From an uncultured Flavobacteriales bacterium (GTDB lineage: Bacteria; Bacteroidota; Bacteroidia; Flavobacteriales_D; JABDKJ01), in contig CALFHF010000203.1 of assembly GCA_937875855.1 (NCBI GenBank), forward strand, positions 5,670 through 69,669: a stretch of DNA of 64,000 nucleotides, read 5' to 3'. Below the pieces are notes generated by a model, which was not told the DNA's origin, searched no databases, and saw only the letters and a list, made by a program, of their open reading frames with translations. Both the position numbers and the translations under genes were made by a program. Positions 55,792 through 64,000 of the stretch are shown in pieces (the stretch's first letter is position 1; each line of letters begins with the position of its first letter).

Positions 55792-55799
55792 CAAATATA
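55792..55799 (-). promoter_or_regulatory. -7 box candidate (TAtaTTTG, minus strand) close to the dnaG ATG
   Basis: Plus-strand caaatata, 9 nt from ATG 55782. Confidence 0.3.
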
Positions 55800-55865
55800 G
55801 GTTTGCCAATTAGGGTTAAGAACTAAGAATTCAACACTCGGCCCACAATGCCGCTGATGGAATGT

Positions 55866-56243
55866 TCATTTCTTACTGAAATCTTCTTCTTTTTGAATCT
55901 TGCCCTCCTCATCATAGAAGATCCAATTCCCAGCTGGTTCATCATCTATATAGGTCCCTTTATACCTGAACAGCCCTGAAGGGTAGTAGGATATGGTCTT
56001 CCCATTACGTTGTCCTTCATAGTACTCGTCTTCGCTCCACTTTACTCCATTCAAATAGTAGGAGGCCCAGAGGCCATGTCGTTTATCATCTAGGAGATTC
56101 CCTTGAATGTGTGTCTGACCATTTTCATATACCTCTGAATAGGGCTTCAAATCAGATGTGTCTTTCTTTTTTTCCTGAGCAGTCTGCTCTTTAGGTGCAC
56201 AGGATAGGATAAGGACGGCAAGGAGTAAGTATAGGAATCTCAT
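55866..56243 (-). CDS. MORN-repeat-variant (YwqK-like) lipoprotein
   Basis: Lipobox LAVLILSC. Repeats of the type YENGQTHIQGNL, HGLWASYYLNGVKWSE and GKTISYYPSGLFRYKGTY. Confidence 0.7.
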   Translation of the reverse strand: MRFLYLLLAVLILSCAPKEQTAQEKKKDTSDLKPYSEVYENGQTHIQGNLLDDKRHGLWASYYLNGVKWSEDEYYEGQRNGKTISYYPSGLFRYKGTYIDDEPAGNWIFYDEEGKIQKEEDFSKK

Positions 56244-56259
56244 GGTGTAAAATTAGCGA

Positions 56260-57234
56260 TCACTTTTTACGTTCCACCGTGTAATTTACAAGTAATTCAA
56301 GCTTCTGTCGTGATTCTGAATCAGGGATCTTATGAAGAACCGCTAATGCCTTGTCCCTATACTCAAGCATACGTGTATGCGCATAAGACAGTGATTCTGT
56401 TTGTTTTACGAAATCAAGAACTTCGGCCACGCGCTTCGGGTCATCAGAGTGACTCTTTACTGTGCGTATGATGCGTCTGCGGGTTCGCGAATCAGTCTTG
56501 TTGATGGCATGGATTAGAGGAAGGGTCATTTTCTTCTCCTTAATATCAATTCCTGTCGGCTTTCCTATTCCTTGAGCATCTCCATAATCAAAGAGGTCAT
56601 CTTTGATTTGAAAAGCGATACCTGTGAGCATTCCGAATTCCTTCATCAAGGCGATTTTCTCTTTGTCCTCGGTTGATGAATGGGCACCAGCTTCACAACA
56701 GGCTGCGATAAGAGATGCTGTTTTCTGTCTGATGATATCAAAATAGATCGCTTCGTCTAAGTTCAGGTTTCGGGTGCGTTCAATTTGCAATAGTTCACCT
56801 TCGCTCATCTCTTTGACAGCATTGGAAACGATACGGAGCAGCTCGAACTGACCTTGTTCTACAGAAAGCAAAAGGCCTTTGGACAAGAGAAAATCTCCTA
56901 CCAATACTGCAATCTTATTTTTCCAAAGGGCATTGAGCGAGAAAAATCCCCTGCGGTAATTCGCATCATCTACCACATCATCATGCACAAGTGTAGCGGT
57001 GTGAAGTAGCTCTATAAGATTTGCAGCAGTGTATGTGTTCTCCGTGACCTGACCCATAGCCTTCGCTGAGAGGAAAACAAACATAGGTCTGAGCTGCTTG
57101 CCTTTTCGCTTCACGATATAGTGAGTAATCTTGTCGAGCAGGGGCGTAGAACTCTTCATGGCTTGCTTGAAACGCTCCTCGAAAAGGAGCATCTCGGCTG
57201 CAATGGGACTCTGTATCTCTTTGACTATGGACAT
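56260..57234 (-). CDS. ispB: polyprenyl diphosphate synthase (octaprenyl/all-trans type)
   Basis: First and second Asp-rich motifs LVHDDVVDD and KDDLFD, 324 aa. Confidence 0.88.
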   Translation of the reverse strand: MSIVKEIQSPIAAEMLLFEERFKQAMKSSTPLLDKITHYIVKRKGKQLRPMFVFLSAKAMGQVTENTYTAANLIELLHTATLVHDDVVDDANYRRGFFSLNALWKNKIAVLVGDFLLSKGLLLSVEQGQFELLRIVSNAVKEMSEGELLQIERTRNLNLDEAIYFDIIRQKTASLIAACCEAGAHSSTEDKEKIALMKEFGMLTGIAFQIKDDLFDYGDAQGIGKPTGIDIKEKKMTLPLIHAINKTDSRTRRRIIRTVKSHSDDPKRVAEVLDFVKQTESLSYAHTRMLEYRDKALAVLHKIPDSESRQKLELLVNYTVERKK

Positions 57235-57339
57235 AAAAGGGGCGCTAAGTTAGCATCAAAGCGATGTCTTGGTCGCTGCATAAAGAAATCCCTGCCCACA
57301 TACCGCGAGAGCCTAGCCTTAAAGGATTTGTTGAAAACA

Positions 57340-57369
57340 TTGCAGGAATAGTGGATTTAGTTACCTTTG
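57340..57369 (+). promoter_or_regulatory. sigma-A type promoter candidate (TTG-N19-TAccTTTG) for the yceD-rpmF cluster
   Basis: tacctttg at 57362-57369 (the same octamer as the rpoD candidate) and TTG at 57340-57342. It lies inside the track ORF, 20 nt upstream of in-frame GTG 57390. Confidence 0.4.
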
Positions 57370-57389
57370 CCCTCCAATTTTTCGGAGGA

Positions 57390-57905
57390 GTGGACCCACT
57401 GCGCACATATGATATCCCTTTTGTGGGATTGACTGAAGGTGAACACTCATTCGATTATACCCTTAACGGGGAGTTCTTTGAGATATTCGGTAATGAGGAG
57501 TTAATAGATTCCTCATTTCAAGTTGATGTTATTCTGCATAAGAAGAGCAGCTTCATGGAGTTAAGCATTATGTTCAAAGGTTCCAGCACGGTTCCTTGTG
57601 ATAGGTGCAGCAACCCTTTGGAGATTCCGATGGAAGGCGATTATTTCGCGGTGGTTCGCTACAGTGACACCCCTTCTGATGAAGAAGACGTCATCAACAT
57701 ATTACCCAACGAGGACATCCTTAATGTGTCCCAGCCCATCTTCGAAACGATAGCGCTTACACTTCCTTCTAAGAGAAAGCATAAACGTAAAGACTGTGAT
57801 CCAGAAGTGCTAAAGACCTTGGATGAACTGAGCCGAATATCGAATACAGAGAGCGACCCGCGTTGGGATGCATTGAAAGAATTGAAGAAAAAAGACGATA
57901 AATAA
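57390..57905 (+). CDS. yceD: DUF177 / YceD-family protein (large-subunit rRNA accumulation protein)
   Basis: YDIPFVGLTEGEHSFDYTL ... PCDRCSNPLEIPMEGDY is typical of YceD. The track ORF begins at 57264, but the promoter box and family length (~170 aa) favour GTG 57390. Confidence 0.8.
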   Translation: MDPLRTYDIPFVGLTEGEHSFDYTLNGEFFEIFGNEELIDSSFQVDVILHKKSSFMELSIMFKGSSTVPCDRCSNPLEIPMEGDYFAVVRYSDTPSDEEDVINILPNEDILNVSQPIFETIALTLPSKRKHKRKDCDPEVLKTLDELSRISNTESDPRWDALKELKKKDDK

Positions 57906-57911
57906 GAAATC

Positions 57912-58103
57912 ATGGCACATCCTAAAAGACGTCAATCAACGACACGTAGGGACAAGAGAAGGACTCACGACAAGGCACTTATCCCGACCATCGCCACTTG
58001 CCCTGCTACTGGAGAAGCTCATCTTTTCCATCGTGCACATTGGCATGAAGGAAAGCTTTACTACCGTGGCAAGATTGTCATGGAGAAAGAAGCATTGGCT
58101 TAA
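57912..58103 (+). CDS. rpmF: 50S ribosomal protein L32
   Basis: [23 protein letters not shown]-terminus, 63 aa. Confidence 0.93.
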   Translation: MAHPKRRQSTTRRDKRRTHDKALIPTIATCPATGEAHLFHRAHWHEGKLYYRGKIVMEKEALA

Positions 58104-58112
58104 GCCAATGCT
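58091..58112 (+). other. perfect 9-bp hairpin enclosing the rpmF stop codon
   Basis: AGCATTGGC-ttaa-GCCAATGCT. No T-run follows, so it is not a classical terminator. Confidence 0.6.
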
Positions 58113-58131
58113 ATACTAAAATCATGGGAAT

Positions 58132-58160
58132 GGCAGTCATCACAAGTGGCTGCCTTTGCT
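58132..58160 (+). terminator. weak terminator/attenuator hairpin between rpmF and fabH
   Basis: GGCAGTCA-tcacaag-TGGCTGCC (one G-U pair) followed by tttgctgc. Confidence 0.35.
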
Positions 58161-58249
58161 GCTCATAGCTAGTTATTTCAAGATTAAAATTGGCAGTCAG
58201 CCTGTATACAGATATACTTGTGGACTCCAAAACATGAAACCACCTTAAG

Positions 58250-59239
58250 ATGCGTGCTGCGATTACTGGCGTAAGTGGATATGTCCCTAAGGACATCCTT
58301 AGCAATAAGGACCTTGAGACAATGGTAGATACTAATGATGAGTGGATCGTCTCTCGCACAGGTATCAAGACCCGACATATTCTTAAAGGAGAAGGACTGG
58401 GGACGAGCGACATGGCTGCTCCAGCTGTTCTTGAGTTATTAAGAAAGACGGGCACGAAGCCTGAAGAAGTGGGTGCGCTAATCTGTGCTACGGTCACACC
58501 TGACCATTTATTTCCTGCTACTGCGAATATCATCTGCGATAAAGTGGGGATTAAAGATGCGCTCTCATTCGACCTAGGGGCTGCCTGTTCTGGATTCCTT
58601 TTCGCCTTAGTCACCGGAGCTCAGTATATAGAGACAGGGATGTTCAAGAAGGTCATCGTTGTGGGTGCTGACAAAATGAGTTCCATCGTAGATTACACTG
58701 ATAGGTCTACATGCGTTATATTTGGTGATGGAGCCGGAGCAGTTATGCTCGAGCCAACAAATGATGACACAGGCATCTTAGATTCCATTCTGCGAAGCGA
58801 TGGATCAGGAAGGGATTTTTTGCATCAAAAAGGAGGAGGTTCGGTAAACCCCGCTACAGAGCAGACTGTAAAAGATAAGATGCATTACATCTTCCAAGAA
58901 GGTAAGACAGTATTCAAGTTTGCGGTTACTAAAATGGCTGATGTATCAGCGGAGATTATGGACAAGAATAACCTTACCGCTGATGATGTCGCCTGGTTAG
59001 TCCCTCATCAGGCTAATCTTAGAATCATTGATGCTACTGCCCGCAGAATGGGAGTAAATGATAGTAAGGTGATGGTCAACATAGACCGTTATGGAAATAC
59101 GACTTCAGCAACTATCCCCCTCTGTTTGATGGAATGGGAAAGCAGACTGAATAAAGGAGACAATATAGTGTTAGCTGCCTTCGGAGGTGGTTTTACCTGG
59201 GGATCCATTTTGATTAAATGGTCCTACGATAGCAAGTAA
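58250..59239 (+). CDS. fabH: beta-ketoacyl-ACP synthase III
   Basis: Active-site AACSGF, with His/Asn regions (VPHQANLRI, GNTSSATIPL). 329 aa. Confidence 0.93.
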   Translation: MRAAITGVSGYVPKDILSNKDLETMVDTNDEWIVSRTGIKTRHILKGEGLGTSDMAAPAVLELLRKTGTKPEEVGALICATVTPDHLFPATANIICDKVGIKDALSFDLGAACSGFLFALVTGAQYIETGMFKKVIVVGADKMSSIVDYTDRSTCVIFGDGAGAVMLEPTNDDTGILDSILRSDGSGRDFLHQKGGGSVNPATEQTVKDKMHYIFQEGKTVFKFAVTKMADVSAEIMDKNNLTADDVAWLVPHQANLRIIDATARRMGVNDSKVMVNIDRYGNTTSATIPLCLMEWESRLNKGDNIVLAAFGGGFTWGSILIKWSYDSK

Positions 59240-59271
59240 CATTTTTTTATGAATTCCAAAACCAAAGACAG

Positions 59272-59757
59272 ATGAAACTGGAAGAAATTCAGGACCTCAT
59301 CAAGTTCGTGTCAAAGACCGGTGTAACTTGTGTAGAGATTGAGCAGAAGGACTTTAAAATAGTCATCAAGACGGTGGCGAAGGAGCCTAAGCAAATGAAA
59401 TATGCGGCCCAACTTCCTCAGCAGACGAGCATACAAGCTCCCCCTCCTGAGCAACAAATGGCCATACCAGTAGCGCCTGCTGCGCCAGTTGCTCCGGCTG
59501 CTGCTGAAAACTCCAAATACGTTACAGTCAACTCTCCTATGATTGGTACGTTCTATCGTTCACCAGGACCTGACAAACCCATTTTCGTGAGTGTCGGGGA
59601 CGAACTAAAAGCTGGAAAAGTTATCTGCATCATAGAAGCAATGAAGCTCTTCAATGAGATAGAGGCCGAGATATCAGGTAAAGTGGTGAAGATTCTTGTA
59701 GATGACGCCAGCCCTGTAGAGTATGATCAACCTTTGTTCTTAGTGGATCCTTCTTGA
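59272..59757 (+). CDS. accB: acetyl-CoA carboxylase biotin carboxyl carrier protein
   Basis: Pro/Ala linker ([13 protein letters not shown]) and biotinylation motif [10 protein letters not shown]. Confidence 0.92.
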   Translation: MKLEEIQDLIKFVSKTGVTCVEIEQKDFKIVIKTVAKEPKQMKYAAQLPQQTSIQAPPPEQQMAIPVAPAAPVAPAAAENSKYVTVNSPMIGTFYRSPGPDKPIFVSVGDELKAGKVICIIEAMKLFNEIEAEISGKVVKILVDDASPVEYDQPLFLVDPS

Positions 59758-59785
59758 TCCTTTATTGAACCCTATCCTGAGATTT

Positions 59786-61135
59786 ATGGCAAAGTTCAAA
59801 AAGATACTCGTGGCCAATCGAGGTGAAATCGCCCTAAGAGTCATTCGTACTGCTCGAGAAATGGGCATTAAGACCGTGGCCGTATATTCCACGGCTGACC
59901 GTGATAGCCTTCACGTAAGATTCGCTGATGAAGCAGTTTGTATAGGACCTCCTAGCAGTGCTGAGTCCTATCTTGACATGTCGCGTATTATCGCGGCAGC
60001 TGAAATCACGAACTCTGACGCTATACATCCAGGTTATGGATTCCTTTCAGAGAATGCTCGTTTTTCGCGCATTTGCCAAGAGAATAACATCAAGTTTATT
60101 GGTGCAAGCCCTGAGATGATTGAGGCTATGGGGGATAAAGCCAACGCCAAAGAGACCATGAAACGGGCCGGTGTTCCTTGTGTTCCTGGATCTGAAGGAA
60201 TAATCGCGAATCTTGAAGAAGCGAAACGTCTGGCTAAGATTGTAACATATCCCATTATGCTTAAAGCCACTGCCGGTGGTGGTGGAAAAGGAATGAAGGT
60301 TTGTCATAATGATGCAGACCTCATTGATGCCTGGAATAAGACCAGAAGAGAAGCTAAAGCTGCCTTCGGCAATGATGCGATGTACATGGAGAAATTCGTG
60401 GAAGAACCTCGACATATTGAAATTCAGATTGTGGGCGATCAGCATGGAAAATTCTGTCACCTCAGCGAGCGCGATTGCTCTATTCAGCGTAGGCACCAAA
60501 AATTAGTCGAAGAAACTCCTTCCCCTTTCATGACCAAGAAATTGCGTCAGAAGATGGGAACGGCTGCTATCAAAGCGGCTAAAGCAGTGAACTATGAAGG
60601 CGTAGGTACTGTAGAATTCTTAGTAGACAAGGACCGTAACTTCTACTTCATGGAGATGAATACCCGTATCCAAGTAGAGCACACAATCACTGAAGAAGTG
60701 ATTGACCATGATTTGGTTAGAGAACAAATCAAGGTGGCTATGGGTATTAAGATTTCAGGCAAGAACTATGAGCCTACTAAGCATAGTATGCAATGTCGTA
60801 TCAATGCAGAGGATCCTTTCAATAGCTTCAGACCAAGCCCAGGAAAGATTACAACTTATCACGCACCTGGAGGTCATGGCGTGAGGGTGGACACACACGT
60901 GTATGCTGGATATACGATCCCTCCCTATTATGACAGCATGATCTCTAAGCTTATCGTTACGGCTCAAACCCGTGAAGAAACCATTGATAAGATGCTTCGC
61001 GCGTTGGGTGAATATGTGATCGAAGGTGTAAAGACCACAATCCCATTCCACATCCAATTGTTGCAGAATGAGGATTTCCGAAAGGGGAATTTCACTACTA
61101 AGTTCTTGGAAACATTTGAACTAAAGCCGGTTTAA
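59786..61135 (+). CDS. accC: acetyl-CoA carboxylase biotin carboxylase subunit
   Basis: [24 protein letters not shown] and [13 protein letters not shown] 59786 is preferred over the track start 59765. Confidence 0.94.
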   Translation: MAKFKKILVANRGEIALRVIRTAREMGIKTVAVYSTADRDSLHVRFADEAVCIGPPSSAESYLDMSRIIAAAEITNSDAIHPGYGFLSENARFSRICQENNIKFIGASPEMIEAMGDKANAKETMKRAGVPCVPGSEGIIANLEEAKRLAKIVTYPIMLKATAGGGGKGMKVCHNDADLIDAWNKTRREAKAAFGNDAMYMEKFVEEPRHIEIQIVGDQHGKFCHLSERDCSIQRRHQKLVEETPSPFMTKKLRQKMGTAAIKAAKAVNYEGVGTVEFLVDKDRNFYFMEMNTRIQVEHTITEEVIDHDLVREQIKVAMGIKISGKNYEPTKHSMQCRINAEDPFNSFRPSPGKITTYHAPGGHGVRVDTHVYAGYTIPPYYDSMISKLIVTAQTREETIDKMLRALGEYVIEGVKTTIPFHIQLLQNEDFRKGNFTTKFLETFELKPV

Positions 61136-61178
61136 TCAGGACTCCATTCATTCCATTTCTTGAACTACTTCAGCTTTC

Positions 61179-62279
61179 TCAGCTGAGGCTCGTCAGCGAT
61201 TGAATAAAACGCTTTGCCTGAGATTCTAAAGAGTATTTAGCCACAATAGTTTCTCGGCCTTTCTTAGCGAGCTCTTTTAGCTTTTCTGGATTTGATAAAA
61301 CCTCATCTAGGCTTCGCTCCCATTCTTCCATGGTATCGCATATGTATCCGTTCACTCCGTGTTGAACGATTTGCGAATTCACGCCTAGTCCTCCAATGAT
61401 GACGGGAATCTCAAGCGCCATAAATTGAATGGCCTTGAACCCACACTTTCCTTCAGCAAAGTCGAAATCAGCAATCATTGGCATGAGTCCAATGTCCATT
61501 TCTCTCAAGTCGGATATCTCTTTAGCCAAGCTCCAATCCCTGTACTCCAAGTTCTTTAATGTCATATCAGGGCGCTTGTTGGAGATAATCAGGAGACGAA
61601 ATTCATGTCGCTCGGCCAATCTTTCTAATACTGGTGCGATATGCTCAATGAATCGATTTGTACTGTGTGTTCCTGTCCAGCCTAAGGTAATTTCCTTGGC
61701 TTTGCTTTGCCTATCCCCTTTTATTGGAAAGTGATAGTCCTGCGTGTCCACAATCGTTGGAATAATAATCACATTCGCATTGAATTGACGACCTCGTTCT
61801 GCCAAGAAATCATTTCCGGCAATGATCAATGAACTCCACTTCATGATGGAGTCTACTTTGCTGTACATTTTCAATTGATGCAGGCTAGCATTGGCGAGTG
61901 CATAATTGGGCAGCCATATAGCATCATCAATATCATAAATTAAAGGTTTCTTCCAAAGTTTCGTAATGACCCATTCGAAGAAAGGAGGCCCAAGGGGTGC
62001 TGCCTCTCGTTGAATAAAGACTTTAGAAAATGACCCCAAACGAAACATGAGTAAGAAGCGTAAGAAGACTCCTTTGACCACCGCCCAGATTTTCATGCCC
62101 CATGCTCCTTTATCATAGAAACGTTTATAAACCTCCTCATCCATAAAGGGATGATATTCAATGTTCAACCCAGCCTCTTCCATCGCTTTGAAATAAATAT
62201 CTACACGAAATCTCTGCGATGGTCCAAGGCCCTTAGGATAAGGAACTAGAAAGGCTATGTTCTCTGATGTATTCAGCAC
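61179..62279 (-). CDS. glycosyltransferase (GT-B fold, family 1/4-like)
   Basis: 366 aa. The C-terminal half carries the GT1-type EGFGLxxxEA-like region (AEGKCGFKAIQFMALEIPVI). Confidence 0.72.
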   Translation of the reverse strand: MLNTSENIAFLVPYPKGLGPSQRFRVDIYFKAMEEAGLNIEYHPFMDEEVYKRFYDKGAWGMKIWAVVKGVFLRFLLMFRLGSFSKVFIQREAAPLGPPFFEWVITKLWKKPLIYDIDDAIWLPNYALANASLHQLKMYSKVDSIMKWSSLIIAGNDFLAERGRQFNANVIIIPTIVDTQDYHFPIKGDRQSKAKEITLGWTGTHSTNRFIEHIAPVLERLAERHEFRLLIISNKRPDMTLKNLEYRDWSLAKEISDLREMDIGLMPMIADFDFAEGKCGFKAIQFMALEIPVIIGGLGVNSQIVQHGVNGYICDTMEEWERSLDEVLSNPEKLKELAKKGRETIVAKYSLESQAKRFIQSLTSLS

Positions 62280-62298
62280 GAGTCAGAATTTTTCCAGC

Positions 62299-62329
62299 GT
62301 AAAAATATCCCCGAGTTTTAATTCGGGGC
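62299..62329 (-). terminator. intrinsic terminator after ctaA
   Basis: Minus strand: CCCCGA-attaaaac-TCGGGG followed by atattttta. Lies 40 nt beyond the ctaA stop. Confidence 0.6.
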
Positions 62330-62368
62330 ACAAAGAAATAAAGTGAGTCAATCTCAAAACTATATCCA

Positions 62369-63391
62369 TTATTTCAGTTTAGGGATTCCCTTTGCTCCAA
62401 AGAGCACTGCACACTGAACTCCAAACAAAAGTGTAGCCAATACCAAGTGCAGTGTCTGCGCCACAGCGGGCATTCCTAGGTACGCCAAGATGATTCCCAC
62501 AAGCACCTCCAAAACCAAGAACATGGCGATGGTTTTCATGCCATTTTCCTTCCAAGCATGTTTGTTCTTCCAAAGAAAAAATCCATTGACCAAGAGGATG
62601 AGAATGGAAAAACTACGATGAATCTCGAAGATGTTGGACAGTCCTGCAATCCATTCACTGCGTTGAATCAATGCATCAGCCAAGTGATCTATCTCTTGTC
62701 TTACTTGTGTTCCCAGAACGACTTGAATCAAGGTTAAGAAAATCGCGAAGCCTAGCAAGCTCTTCATATGCAGTTCTGAACTTTTTCCCTTCTTGACATA
62801 GGAGATGATCTTTAGCAAGAGTGCCAGGATGAAGAAAGCAACTACCATGTGAATGGTAATGGTCCAAGGGAGCAGATTCGTAGCTACGACTACTGAGCCC
62901 AACCAGGCTTGAAAAACAATGGCAATCAAGGCTGTTCCAGAAAGTAACGCGATTCTTTTATTCCCTTTCCACATCCATAATGAAGCAATGGCTAAAGCGA
63001 GCATAGTATTGCCTGCTAAAAATCCGAAGAGTCTATTCACATATTCAATCCAAGTTCCTTGCGCATCAAAGGGTTCTGAATGCAAAAGGCTAGGATCCTG
63101 ACGCATGGCCTCAGCTGTTTTTTTCATGCCCAATGCCTCTATGAGTGAGGTGTACTTGTCCAGCTTCGCTTTTCTGCCTTCCAGAAAATGAGCTTCGTAT
63201 CCCTCAGGTAATTCACTTTCATCCGTTGGCGGAATCCATTGCCCAAAGCATTTAGGCCAGTCAGGACAACCCATTCCTGAGCCTGTAGTGCGCACCACTG
63301 ATCCCGCGATGATCACGAGATACACCAGGACAAGCGTGGTACAAGCCAAGAAAGATGTGGTTCTAGAAGCCTTCATTTTTACAGAGGACAA
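62369..63391 (-). CDS. ctaA: heme A synthase (COX15/CtaA family)
   Basis: 340 aa with 8 predicted TM segments. Periplasmic [12 protein letters not shown] motif and conserved His in TM helices (HR..., HL...). Confidence 0.85.
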   Translation of the reverse strand: MSSVKMKASRTTSFLACTTLVLVYLVIIAGSVVRTTGSGMGCPDWPKCFGQWIPPTDESELPEGYEAHFLEGRKAKLDKYTSLIEALGMKKTAEAMRQDPSLLHSEPFDAQGTWIEYVNRLFGFLAGNTMLALAIASLWMWKGNKRIALLSGTALIAIVFQAWLGSVVVATNLLPWTITIHMVVAFFILALLLKIISYVKKGKSSELHMKSLLGFAIFLTLIQVVLGTQVRQEIDHLADALIQRSEWIAGLSNIFEIHRSFSILILLVNGFFLWKNKHAWKENGMKTIAMFLVLEVLVGIILAYLGMPAVAQTLHLVLATLLFGVQCAVLFGAKGIPKLK

Positions 63392-63520
63392 TGTTACGTT
63401 TTCTCTTGCTGTCCTTGGAAGATGATGGAATGAACAGGATCGTGCGCCTATTCCTTTCCAAGCCCATCTTGATCCTTATCTTTAGGCCGCAAGCAATCAA
63501 AGATCGCTCAATGAATAAGA

Positions 63521-64000
63521 TTTATAAAAACGCAGAAGAAGCACTGCATGGCGTCCAAGATGGGATGACCTTTATGCTCGGTGGATTCGGGCTTTGTGGT
63601 ATTCCTGAGAACTGTATTTCAGCCCTCGTGAAAATGGGAATCAAAGACCTTACCTGCATTTCCAATAATGCCGGTGTAGATGATTTTGGACTAGGATTAT
63701 TGCTTCAGAAAAAACAAATTCGAAAAATGGTTTCCTCTTATGTGGGTGAGAACGATGAGTTCGAACGTCAGATGCTGAGCGGTGAATTAGAAGTGGATCT
63801 TATTCCTCAAGGTTCTTTGGCCGAGCGCTGCAGAGCGGGTGGCGCTGGAATTCCTGCATTTTTCACTCCAGCTGGTTTCGGAACTGAAGTGGGTGAAGGA
63901 AAAGAAATGAGGGTGTTTGATGGTAAACCTCACATCCTAGAGTCAGCTTTAACCGCTGATTATGCCATGGTGAAAGCATGGAAAGGAGACAAATTCGGGA
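63521..64000 (+). CDS. CoA transferase subunit A (3-oxoacid / acetate CoA-transferase alpha), 3'-truncated by window end
   Basis: [33 protein letters not shown] ... [12 protein letters not shown] ... [25 protein letters not shown] is typical of ScoA/AtoD. Open to base 64000. Confidence 0.88.

Noticed and set aside
55866-56243. MORN/YwqK-like protein, considered as an antitoxin of a second TA system
   Set aside because: The 'YwqK antitoxin' family name does not constitute evidence here. The protein has a lipoprotein signal peptide, and no toxin-like gene is adjacent.
58111-58614. 167-aa minus-strand ORF
   Set aside because: Antisense to fabH and to the rpmF-fabH spacer. The fabH active-site motifs define the real frame.

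Overview
The window looks like a chromosomal segment of a Bacteroidota (Flavobacteriia-like) genome. Three things support this: type A and type B T9SS C-terminal sorting domains, a short (~288 aa) primary sigma factor, and exact TAnnTTTG '-7' boxes upstream of several genes. It is densely coding (about 58 CDS and one tRNA) and mostly housekeeping. Core genes include dapF, htrA, rpoD, a long-form GAPDH, hflX, rbfA, hemW, lepA, mfd, fbp, PBP1A, kdsB, dnaG, ispB, the yceD-rpmF-fabH-accB-accC cluster, ctaA and the 5' part of a CoA-transferase A subunit. I found no transposase, integrase, reverse transcriptase, CRISPR array, rRNA or recognisable defence island, and I cannot support a clear new multi-gene system from sequence alone. 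The candidates most worth a second look are: (1) a type II toxin-antitoxin pair whose ParE/RelE-type toxin is broken by a +1 frameshift in an A6 homopolymer while the antitoxin is intact; (2) a roughly 150-nt structured leader upstream of a tRNA(CAT), containing a hairpin that copies the tRNA's first 12 nt and mimics its acceptor stem; (3) a tRNA-adjacent STN-TonB receptor/DUF4249-like/FecR module with no cognate ECF sigma factor nearby; (4) a four-gene secreted cluster of unknown function around a CUB-like/PKD/P-domain protein with a type B T9SS sorting domain; (5) short G/T-rich 8-mer repeats shared by two divergent promoter spacers; (6) an N-terminally truncated OmpA-like remnant next to an ECF sigma/anti-sigma/beta-barrel operon. 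All protein calls come from reading motifs by eye. No database search was run.
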